A stretch of DNA of 49,742 bases, from NCBI GenBank assembly GCA_005883405.1, contig VBGG01000136.1, forward strand, positions 1 through 49,742, read 5' to 3'. Shown here piece by piece: positions 26,036-33,565 of this stretch. The notes beneath the pieces are model-generated. The model searched no databases, was not told where the DNA came from, and saw nothing but the letters and a program-made list of their open reading frames with translations. The first letter of the stretch is position 1, and each line of letters opens with the position of its first letter. Made by a program: the position numbers and the translations under genes. The DNA comes from Chloroflexota bacterium. GTDB taxonomy: Bacteria; Chloroflexota; UBA6077; CF-72.

Positions 26036-27073
26036 CTACGTCGGGTCCGTGATCTCGGGTTCTTCGGCTCGCGGCTGGCGGTGTCCCGCGCAGCGTTCTG
26101 GCTCTCGGTTCATTGAAGCCAGCGTGAATTGACGTAATGAGCGAACGGTCTTGCCGTAAACGTTCACGGCGGCCGTCGACATGTGTGCGCCCGGCGGCTC
26201 GTCCATGAACGGAACGAACTTGTCGGGGAAGCCGGGCATGGTGCAGCCAATGCATACGCCGCCCACATTGGGGCAGCCGCCGATGCCGTTGATCCAGCCC
26301 CGCTTGGCCACATTGCACTGCACGACGGGCCCCCAGCAGCCCAGCTTGACGATGCACGACCTGGCGCCGTAGCTCGCGGCAAAGTCAGCCTGCTCGTAGT
26401 AGCCGCCACGGTCGCACCCCTCGTGTACCGTGTCGGTGAACAGCCACGTCGGTCGGAGCATCGCGTCGAGCGGGATCATGGGCGCAGCGCCGGTCGCCTG
26501 ACGCAGCAGATAGTACAGGACTTCCATGAAATTGTCGGGTTGGATCGGGCAGCCCGGTACGCACACGATCGGCAGTCCGCCGGACGACGTCCACGACCAG
26601 CCGAGATAATCGGGCAGACCCATGCAGCCCGTTGGATTGCCAGCCATGGCGTGGATACCGCCGTAGGTCGCGCAGGTGCCTGCGCCGACCGCCGCCCACG
26701 CCCGCGGCGCGAGCCGGTCGATCCATTCGCAGGTCGTGATTGGCTGACCGCTCTCCGGATCGGTGCCGATGGCGGCCCAGTAGCCCTCGGCTTTATTCCG
26801 TTCGTCAGGGATGGAGCCCTCGACGACGAGGATGAATGGGCCGAGCTCACCCGAGGCGGCACGCTCGAGGATACGCACGAAGTTGCAGCCGACCTCGTAG
26901 GCCAGGACGGGATTGTGCAGGTGGACCTTCGGCAGCCCGGGCAACGCACCGCTCAACACGTCCTCGATGCTCGGGTTGGTGGCCGCCGTCATGGCGATGG
27001 TGTCGCCGTCGCACCCCAGCCCCGCCGTCAGCCAGACGATGTGCATCTCGGCGATCTCGGTGTCCCCTTGCAT
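26036..27073 (-). CDS. hhyS: [NiFe]-hydrogenase small subunit without a Tat signal, group 1h type
   Basis: 345 aa. It starts MQGDTEIAEMHIVWLTAGLGCDGD with no RRxF leader. Multiple Cys clusters (GCPIQPD, CWGPVVQCN, CIGCTMPGFPD). It lies 9 nt upstream of the large subunit. Confidence 0.85.
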   Translation of the reverse strand: MQGDTEIAEMHIVWLTAGLGCDGDTIAMTAATNPSIEDVLSGALPGLPKVHLHNPVLAYEVGCNFVRILERAASGELGPFILVVEGSIPDERNKAEGYWAAIGTDPESGQPITTCEWIDRLAPRAWAAVGAGTCATYGGIHAMAGNPTGCMGLPDYLGWSWTSSGGLPIVCVPGCPIQPDNFMEVLYYLLRQATGAAPMIPLDAMLRPTWLFTDTVHEGCDRGGYYEQADFAASYGARSCIVKLGCWGPVVQCNVAKRGWINGIGGCPNVGGVCIGCTMPGFPDKFVPFMDEPPGAHMSTAAVNVYGKTVRSLRQFTLASMNREPERCAGHRQPRAEEPEITDPT

Positions 27074-27120
27074 GCCCGCCTCGAGACCATCTTACGCTTA
27101 TGCCGGCCGAAACTTGACTC

Positions 27121-27235
27121 CCTCTACCTCTGGGAGAGGCTTTATCCAGGGGTGAGGGTGGCGTACATGCACGAACGCTCTCGCCCCTTAGCCACCCTCA
27201 CCCGCGCTGCGCGCGGCCTCTCCCAGAGGGAGAGG
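27121..27235. repeat. Compound palindromic intergenic element, family C copy 3
   Basis: Same modules as copy 1. Left linker is CTTTATCCAG and right linker GCGCTGCGCGCGG. It lies between the tyrA stop and the hhyS start. Confidence 0.9.
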
Positions 27236-27251
27236 CGGCCCCCCTTGGGAA

Positions 27252-28208
27252 CTACTTCTCCTTCTCCCGACCGAAGCGGCCGAAGAGGCTGCCGGTGAGC
27301 ATGGAGCGGGTGGTCGGCAGGGGGTTTTCGCCTTCGGCAGGCTGACCCTGGGCGCGACCGGCCAGCCAGTCCTGGTGCAGGCTCCGCGCCTGGTCGAACT
27401 GCGCCTTGAGCTCGGGGCTGTCCGCCTGGATCGCGTCGCGCAGCGTCGAAAGTTCGGCGATGTACAGGTCCAGACGACGGGCAATATTGTCGCGATTGGT
27501 CCGCACGATGTCCGCAAACATGCGCGGGTCGCTCTCGCTGAGGTGCGTCGCGTAGGCGAAGCCGCCCGCCGCGACCGACGCCGTTTCGCGCCAGCTACGC
27601 TCGCGTCCGAGGTGACCGATCAATGCCACCGACATCAGATACGGCAGGTGGCTCACGGAGGCGACGAGTCCGTCGTGCTCGTCGGGATCGAGGAAGTACG
27701 GCGAGGCGCCGAGGGTCTCCACCAGCCGAACCGCCTCGTCGATGGCGTCGCGTTCGGTGGTCGGCAGCGGCGCCAGACACCACACGGCCCCCTGGAACAG
27801 CCTGGCATCTGCCGCATCCGGACCCGTTTCCGTCTTGCCCGCCATCGGGTGGCCACCAACAAACCGCACGCCTCTCGGCAGCAGCTCGGCCGCCCAGCTC
27901 AGCACGGTGGCCTTGGTGCTGCCAGTATCCACCACCAGCGCGTGCACGGGCAGAAGCGGGGAGATCTCTTCGAAGAGCGCCTTCATGGCTCCGACAGGCG
28001 TCGAGACGATCACCAGGTCCGCATCGGCCAGCGCGTCGCGCAGCGAGGCACGCCGATCGATGGCCTTGACTGCCTGGGCGCGGCGCAAGTTGTCGCCCGA
28101 GGCGTCGTAGCCGGCGATCTGCGTCTGCGGCCGGCTCACCTTGAGCGCCAGGCCGATCGAGGCGCCGATCAGCCCCGTCCCGAGAATCGCCACCCGGTTA
28201 TGCGCCAC
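27252..28208 (-). CDS. tyrA: Prephenate dehydrogenase
   Basis: N-terminal Rossmann motif VAILGTGLIGASIGLALK and GGHPMAGKTETG, typical of TyrA. Confidence 0.88.
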   Translation of the reverse strand: MAHNRVAILGTGLIGASIGLALKVSRPQTQIAGYDASGDNLRRAQAVKAIDRRASLRDALADADLVIVSTPVGAMKALFEEISPLLPVHALVVDTGSTKATVLSWAAELLPRGVRFVGGHPMAGKTETGPDAADARLFQGAVWCLAPLPTTERDAIDEAVRLVETLGASPYFLDPDEHDGLVASVSHLPYLMSVALIGHLGRERSWRETASVAAGGFAYATHLSESDPRMFADIVRTNRDNIARRLDLYIAELSTLRDAIQADSPELKAQFDQARSLHQDWLAGRAQGQPAEGENPLPTTRSMLTGSLFGRFGREKEK

Positions 28209-28974
28209 TGGCCAGCACCCCCAGGAAGTTGTTGACGATCTCCCGTCCGCCGTTCAGGTAGGCATCGACCACCGGCCGCGCGCCTGGCAGGAAGAGTACG
28301 GCGAGCAGGATCAGCGGCCCGTACCGCTGCAGCGGCAGCAGCGCCACTTTGACCGGCCGCGGCGAGAGCCCGAACAGGAATCCGAACCCGTCGAGCGGCG
28401 GCACAGGCAGCAGGTTGAAGACCGCCAGCAACACGTTGATGTTGATGAATGCCTGCACGTAGGGGAAGACGGCGCGGTCCAGGCCGAGGCTGGTGTACGA
28501 GACGATGACGACCATTACTGCCGCGACCAGCACGTTCGACACGGGCCCAGCCAGCGACGACAACGCCCATCCCAGATTGGGGTTGCGCATGTGGCCAGGA
28601 TTGATGGGCATCGGTCTGCCCCAGCCGATCGGACCGATCAGGATCATCAGCGTGCCGAGCGGATCGAGGTGCTTCAGCGGGTTCAGCGTGAGGCGGCCGA
28701 CGCGACGCGGAAGGTCGTCGCCGAACAAGGTCGCCACGAACCCGTGGCTGAACTCGTGCACCGTGATGGCCAGGATGAGCGCGACGAAGAACGGCAAGCG
28801 CGCGGTGAGCCCGCCCAGCCCGCCTTGGGCACCGGTGAGCAGGCCCATCTGGTTGAGCAGCAGCAGCACCAGTACCGCCAGACCGACCCACTGGATGGGA
28901 GTAATGCCCGGCTGTTTACGCGGCGGCCCCGGCGGCGGTGCGCCGGAGCTATCGACGGCGGTCTGGGCGCACAC
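28198..28974 (-). CDS. Site-2 protease family (peptidase M50) membrane metalloprotease (start uncertain)
   Basis: HEFSHG zinc motif in a TM helix, NPLKHLDPLGT, and multiple TM segments. GTG 28974 is the first start downstream of the repeat elements. Confidence 0.8.
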   Translation of the reverse strand: MCAQTAVDSSGAPPPGPPRKQPGITPIQWVGLAVLVLLLLNQMGLLTGAQGGLGGLTARLPFFVALILAITVHEFSHGFVATLFGDDLPRRVGRLTLNPLKHLDPLGTLMILIGPIGWGRPMPINPGHMRNPNLGWALSSLAGPVSNVLVAAVMVVIVSYTSLGLDRAVFPYVQAFININVLLAVFNLLPVPPLDGFGFLFGLSPRPVKVALLPLQRYGPLILLAVLFLPGARPVVDAYLNGGREIVNNFLGVLASGA

Positions 28975-28989
28975 GGCTGGATCATACGG

Positions 28990-29019
28990 GGTTCCGCGTT
29001 CCGGGTTCCGCGTTCCGCG
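28990..29019. repeat. Heptamer array (family B), single arm: GTTCCGC/GTTCCGG units
   Basis: GGTTCCGCGTTCCGGGTTCCGCGTTCCGCG read directly. It abuts family C copy 4. Confidence 0.75.
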
Positions 29020-29027
29020 CTTGAACT

Positions 29028-29135
29028 CCTTCTCCGTCTGGGAGAGGGTCGGGGTGAGGGAGCCATACGAGCGGAAGCGTTCGCGCTCGTGCGCCACCCT
29101 CACCCCTGGATAAAGCCTCTCCCAGAGGGAGAGGG
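29028..29135. repeat. Compound palindromic intergenic element, family C copy 4
   Basis: Same modules. The right linker CTGGATAAAG is the complement of the copy 3 left linker. It lies between the divergent M50 gene and argC. Confidence 0.9.
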
Positions 29136-29166
29136 AGTTCAACCCGGACCGTATACTTCCTACCCA

Positions 29167-30150
29167 ATGTCCAGCCGAAAACGGGTCGGCGTCGTCGGCG
29201 TGTCGGGCTATGGGGGCGGCGAGATCCTGCGCTTGTGCGCCGCCCATCCATGTGTCCAGCTGGTCTACGCGGCGGGCGAGACCAGCGCCGGGCAGCGCCT
29301 GGGCGAACGCTACCCGGGCCTCGGCGGCGCGTTGGCCGACCTGACCATCCAGGCCTTCGATCGGCACCGCTTGCCCGACCTGGACCTGCTGTTCCTGTCG
29401 CTGCCGACAGGCCAATCACGCACGGTGTCAGCAGGCTTACCCCAGGAGTTGAAGGTGATCGACGTCGGCGGCGACCATCGCTTCGTCGACGGCTGGACCT
29501 ACGGCCTGACAGAGGTCACCGGTCCGGCGACCATCGCCGAGTCAAGCCGCGTCGCCGACCCTGGCTGCTTCCCGGCCGCCGCCCTACTGGCGCTTGCCCC
29601 GCTGGTGGGTCGTGGTCTGGTCCAGCCCACGGGCATCATCATCGACGCCAAGACGGGCATCAGCGGCGCTGGCCGTGGCGGCGGCTCGACGTTTGGCTAT
29701 GCCGATGTGAACGAAGACGTCTCGGCCTACAACCTGTTCAAGCACGCTCACGCGCCCGAGATGCGCCACGCGCTCTCGCGCATGGCCGGCGGCGCGCCCG
29801 CGTCGCTGGTGTTCGCGCCGCACCTTGTACCGATGACCCGTGGCATCCTGGCCACCTGCTACGCGCATGGTCGCCTCACCACCGACCAGGCACTGCGCGC
29901 CGCCCGTGAGTTTTACGCCGAAGCCGCGTTCGTGCGCGTCTCCGATAACCCGCCGCACTCGAAGTGGCCACAGGGTACGAACCTCGCGTTCGTGTCGTAT
30001 GCCGCCGACCCTGAGACCGAGACGGTGATCGCCCTCGGCGCGATCGACAATCTCGGCAAAGGCGCGGCGGGCCAAGCGGTGCAGAACATGAACCTGATGC
30101 TTGGCTTTGCCGAGCAGCTCGGGCTCGAGATGGTGCCGATGATGCCATGA
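29167..30150 (+). CDS. argC: N-acetyl-gamma-glutamyl-phosphate reductase
   Basis: 327 aa. VGVVGVSGYGGGEILRL and the active-site region ADPGCFPAAALLAL. Confidence 0.92.
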   Translation: MSSRKRVGVVGVSGYGGGEILRLCAAHPCVQLVYAAGETSAGQRLGERYPGLGGALADLTIQAFDRHRLPDLDLLFLSLPTGQSRTVSAGLPQELKVIDVGGDHRFVDGWTYGLTEVTGPATIAESSRVADPGCFPAAALLALAPLVGRGLVQPTGIIIDAKTGISGAGRGGGSTFGYADVNEDVSAYNLFKHAHAPEMRHALSRMAGGAPASLVFAPHLVPMTRGILATCYAHGRLTTDQALRAAREFYAEAAFVRVSDNPPHSKWPQGTNLAFVSYAADPETETVIALGAIDNLGKGAAGQAVQNMNLMLGFAEQLGLEMVPMMP

Positions 30151-31373
30151 CCACCTCGCTCTCGAAACCGTTCGCCATGCTCAAAGACGGCTCGTCGACG
30201 TCGGCCAGAGGCTTTCGCGCGGGCGCGGTGGCAGCCGGTATCAAAGCCTCGGGCAACCCCGACCTCGGCATGTGGGCTTCCGAGGCTCCGTGTGTCGCCG
30301 TGGCGACGTTCACCCAGAACAGCTTTCCGGCCGCGCCGGTCATCCTCAGCCGCGACCGGCTCAGGACGCATCCGACGGCGCACGCAGTGGTCTTCAATGC
30401 TGGCAACGCCAACGCGTGCAACGGCTCGACGGGACTTGACGATGCCCGTGAGATGTCCGAGCTGGCGGCCCAGGCGCTCGGCATCGCGCCCGAGCTGATC
30501 CTGGTCGCCTCGACTGGCATCATCGGCCACCGATTGCCGATGGACCTCGTTCGAACCGGCATCCCGCGCATCCAGCTCAGTCCCGACGGCGGCCACGCGG
30601 CGGCGCTTGCCATCATGACCACCGACACGCGGCCCAAGGAGTGCGCCGTCTCGCTCGAGATCGATGGTCGCGAAGTACGCATCGGCGCGATGACGAAAGG
30701 TGTGGGCATGATCCACCCCAACATGGCGACGATGTTGGCCTTCATCGGCACCGATGCCCGCCTGGAGCCACGCTTCGCTGCCACCGCGCTCAAGCACGCC
30801 GTCGATCGCACCTTCAACATGACCACGGTGGACGGCGACACCAGCACCAACGACTCGTGCTTTCTGCTGGCCAACGGTCTGTCGGGTGCGCCGACGCTCG
30901 TCGGCGGGAGCGCCAAAGCGGAGCGGTTCGTCGTCGCGCTGGAGGCGGTCTGCACCGATCTGGCCCGCAAGATGGCCGCGGATGGCGAGGGAGCCTCCAA
31001 GCTCCTGCAGGTGGACGTGACTGGCGCGGCCAGCGAAGCCGATGCACGCGCCGCCGCCCGCGCCGTAGTCGGCTCGAGTCTGGTCAAGGCGGCCCTCCAC
31101 GGGGAGGACCCGAACTGGGGCCGCGTGTTCGCCGCGGTGGGTAACTCCGCCGCCCGTGTCGACACCACCCGTGCCGCGTTGTGGATCGGCTCGATCCAGG
31201 TCGCCCGCGACGGTGGCGGCACGGGCGTCTCGAAGGACGAGGCGCGCGCGCAGATGCACGCTTCCGAGGTCACCATGCGCGTCGACCTCGGCCTCGGCAG
31301 CGCGTCCGCTCGCGCATGGGGCTGTGACCTCACCGAAGCCTACGTGGTCGAAAACAGCGCCTACTCAACGTGA
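30147..31373 (+). CDS. argJ: Bifunctional ornithine acetyltransferase / N-acetylglutamate synthase
   Basis: 408 aa. Autoprocessing-site context HPNMATMLAFIGTDA. ATGA overlap with argC. Confidence 0.92.
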   Translation: MTTSLSKPFAMLKDGSSTSARGFRAGAVAAGIKASGNPDLGMWASEAPCVAVATFTQNSFPAAPVILSRDRLRTHPTAHAVVFNAGNANACNGSTGLDDAREMSELAAQALGIAPELILVASTGIIGHRLPMDLVRTGIPRIQLSPDGGHAAALAIMTTDTRPKECAVSLEIDGREVRIGAMTKGVGMIHPNMATMLAFIGTDARLEPRFAATALKHAVDRTFNMTTVDGDTSTNDSCFLLANGLSGAPTLVGGSAKAERFVVALEAVCTDLARKMAADGEGASKLLQVDVTGAASEADARAAARAVVGSSLVKAALHGEDPNWGRVFAAVGNSAARVDTTRAALWIGSIQVARDGGGTGVSKDEARAQMHASEVTMRVDLGLGSASARAWGCDLTEAYVVENSAYST

Positions 31374-32314
31374 CGCTGGCGCACCTTTCGACAGATCAGA
31401 AGACCGCGGCCCTGATCGAGGCGCTGCCGTACATCTGCGAGTACGTCGGCAAGACGATCGTGGTCAAGGTCGGCGGATCGGTGGGCGAGGAGGGTACCGT
31501 CCTGGACGATGTCGTCTGGCTCAAGCGCCTGGGCATCAACCCGGTGCTGGTGCACGGCGGCGGCCCGCAGATCTCGGATCGCCTGAGCCAGCTGGGCGTC
31601 GAGACGCGCTTCGTCGAGGGTAGGCGCTTTACCGACGAGCAGACCCTGGAAGTCGTCCACGAAGTCCTGATGCGCATCAACGGCGACTTCGTGTCCTAGC
31701 TCAACGGTCACAAGATCCCGGCCTGGGATTGCAATGGGTTGGATGGTCAGATGCTGCAGGCGCGACTGCGCGACGAACGCCTCGGCCTGGTCGGCGAAGT
31801 TGCCGCGGTGAACCTGCGCCCGATCAAGTCACTGGTCGAGCAGGGCTACGTCGTGGTCATCGCGCCGCTTGCGGCTGGCCCCGACTCGCAGCCGCTCAAC
31901 GTGAATGCCGACACCGTGGCTGGCGAAGTGGCTCGGGCGTTAGGCGCCGAGAAGCTGGTGCTGTTCACCGACGTGCCAGGTGTGCTCGACCGCGAGGGCG
32001 CTGTCCTGCCCGAGCTGAGCCGCGAGCAGGTCGAGCGCATGCTCGACGATGGCACGATCCGGGGCGGCATGATCCCGAAGATTCAGGCCTGCCTGCGCGC
32101 ACTCGAAACGGTGCCACGCGTCCACGTCCTGGATGGGCGTGTGCCACACGCGTTGATTCGCGAACTGTTCACCACCGAGGGTGTCGGTACCATGCTGACT
32201 TCGTTCCGGGTTCCGGGTTCCGAGTTCCGAGTTGAGAGCGCCACCTCAATGGACAACGCGGAACGCGGAACGCGGAACGCGGAACAAGCTACCGGGAAAG
32301 GAACCAGCGTCTGA
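31370..32314 (+). pseudogene. argB: Acetylglutamate kinase interrupted by one in-frame TAG (31697-31699). The C-terminal ~36 aa are encoded by a heptamer repeat.
   Basis: The two track ORFs (31370-31699 and 31739-32314) are in the same frame. Together they give a full-length ArgB (KVGGS, HGGGPQI, NVNADTVAG, GGMIPK). GTGA overlap with argJ and ATGA overlap with argD. Confidence 0.8.
32203..32285. repeat. Heptamer-array inverted repeat (family B) inside the 3' end of argB, with arms at 32203-32233 and 32257-32285
   Basis: GTTCCGGGTTCCGGGTTCCGAGTTCCGAG faces GCGGAACGCGGAACGCGGAACGCGGAAC. Confidence 0.85.
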
Positions 32315-33555
32315 TGACCACCACGTCCGCCCGCCCAAAGTCCAGCGCCGACTGGATCGCCATCGAGCAAGCCACGTTCTTTCCGAACCTGCGTCCGCCG
32401 ATGGTCATCGAGCGTGGACAGGGCAGCCGGGTGTGGGATGTCGAAGGGCGCGAGTACCTGGACCTGATCGCCGGGATCGCCGTCGTGTCGCTCGGCCACG
32501 CCAGCCCGGTCGTGCAGCGAGCGCTCGCCGAGCAATCCGCGAAGCTGATCCACACCTCCAACCTCTTCTACACGATCCCGCAGCTGCAATTGGCGAAGCT
32601 GCTGACCGAGCACTCGCCGTTCGATCGCGTCTTCTTCTGCAACAGCGGCGCCGAGGCCAACGAGGCCGCCATCAAGCTTGCGCGCAAATGGGGCAAGCGC
32701 CATCGTGACGGCGCGTACGCCATCATCTCCGCTGAGCACGCGTTCCACGGACGCACGCTAGCGACGGTGACCGCGACTGGCAAAGAGAACTACACCCGAT
32801 CGTTCACGCCGCTCCCCGACGGCTTCCCGCACGTGCCCTTCAACGACATGGACGCGCTGGAGCGGGCGGTCGACGCCACGACCGCCGCCGTGCTGCTCGA
32901 GCCGATCCAGGGCGAAGGCGGCGTGCACGTAGCCACGGAGAACTACCTGCGCGATGTGCGGGACTTTTGTCGTGACAAGAACCTGCTATTCATGGTCGAC
33001 GAGGTCCAGACCGGCGTCGGTCGACTCGGCACGCTGTGGGGATTCGAGCGTTGGGGCGTGGAGCCCGACGTGATGACGCTGGCCAAAGGGCTCGGCGGTG
33101 GCGTGCCCATCGGGGCGGTTCTGGCCAACGAATCGGCCGCGGTGTTCGAGCCTGGGGATCACGGCTCCACCTTCGGCGGCAATCCGCTGATGTGCGCGGT
33201 GGCGTACGACGTGGTCAGGTACATCCTCGACAACGACGTCCTGGGCAACGTCAATCGCGTTGGCGGCGTCTTGAAGCGCGGCCTGGAGCACATGGCTGCC
33301 GAGCAGCCGCTGATTCAATCCGTGCGGGGCGAGGGCTTGCTGCTGGCGATCGAGCTGACGGTGGAACACGCCCCCGATGTCGTCCGTCTGGGCCACGACG
33401 AAGGCGTGTTGCTCAACGCCACAGGGCCCACGACGATCCGCCTCGCGCCACCCCTGACGCTGACCGAGGCCGAGGCCAAAGAGGGCCTCGCCAAGCTCAG
33501 GCGCGCCCTCGACCGCCTGGACGTACCCGAGCTCACCCAGCCAGCCGCGAGCTGA
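32314..33555 (+). CDS. argD: Acetylornithine aminotransferase
   Basis: 413 aa class-III aminotransferase. SGAEANEAAIKLARK, DEVQTGVGRLG, and the PLP Lys context TLAKGLGGG. Confidence 0.92.
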   Translation: MTTTSARPKSSADWIAIEQATFFPNLRPPMVIERGQGSRVWDVEGREYLDLIAGIAVVSLGHASPVVQRALAEQSAKLIHTSNLFYTIPQLQLAKLLTEHSPFDRVFFCNSGAEANEAAIKLARKWGKRHRDGAYAIISAEHAFHGRTLATVTATGKENYTRSFTPLPDGFPHVPFNDMDALERAVDATTAAVLLEPIQGEGGVHVATENYLRDVRDFCRDKNLLFMVDEVQTGVGRLGTLWGFERWGVEPDVMTLAKGLGGGVPIGAVLANESAAVFEPGDHGSTFGGNPLMCAVAYDVVRYILDNDVLGNVNRVGGVLKRGLEHMAAEQPLIQSVRGEGLLLAIELTVEHAPDVVRLGHDEGVLLNATGPTTIRLAPPLTLTEAEAKEGLAKLRRALDRLDVPELTQPAAS

Positions 33556-33565
33556 GCCCTCCGCG

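Noticed and set aside
27074-27120. A promoter for the hydrogenase genes in the 47 nt between repeat copy C3 and the hhyS ATG. The candidates on the minus strand are GTCAAG and, 18 nt later, TAAGAT.
   Set aside because: The hexamers are weak matches and would leave almost no 5' UTR. I cannot support this call from sequence alone, and read-through from tyrA across the repeat is equally possible.
28141-29166. A 342-codon N-terminal extension of the argC ORF (track ORF 28141-30150). Similar upstream extensions appear on the prfA (35576-35641), hisS (36897-37226), yggS, pgeF and ftsQ ORFs.
   Set aside because: The extensions are antisense to, or overlap, well-supported genes or repeats, and they lack homology-like sequence. 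In each case an internal start gives a protein of canonical length, often with a stop/start overlap to the upstream gene.
31697-31699. TAG in argB as a recoded sense codon (pyrrolysine or genome-wide reassignment).
   Set aside because: TAG clearly terminates metH, the LuxR gene, rplL, tyrA, ftsZ and other genes in the same window. No pyl genes are visible. A nonsense mutation, a sequencing error or leaky read-through is more parsimonious.
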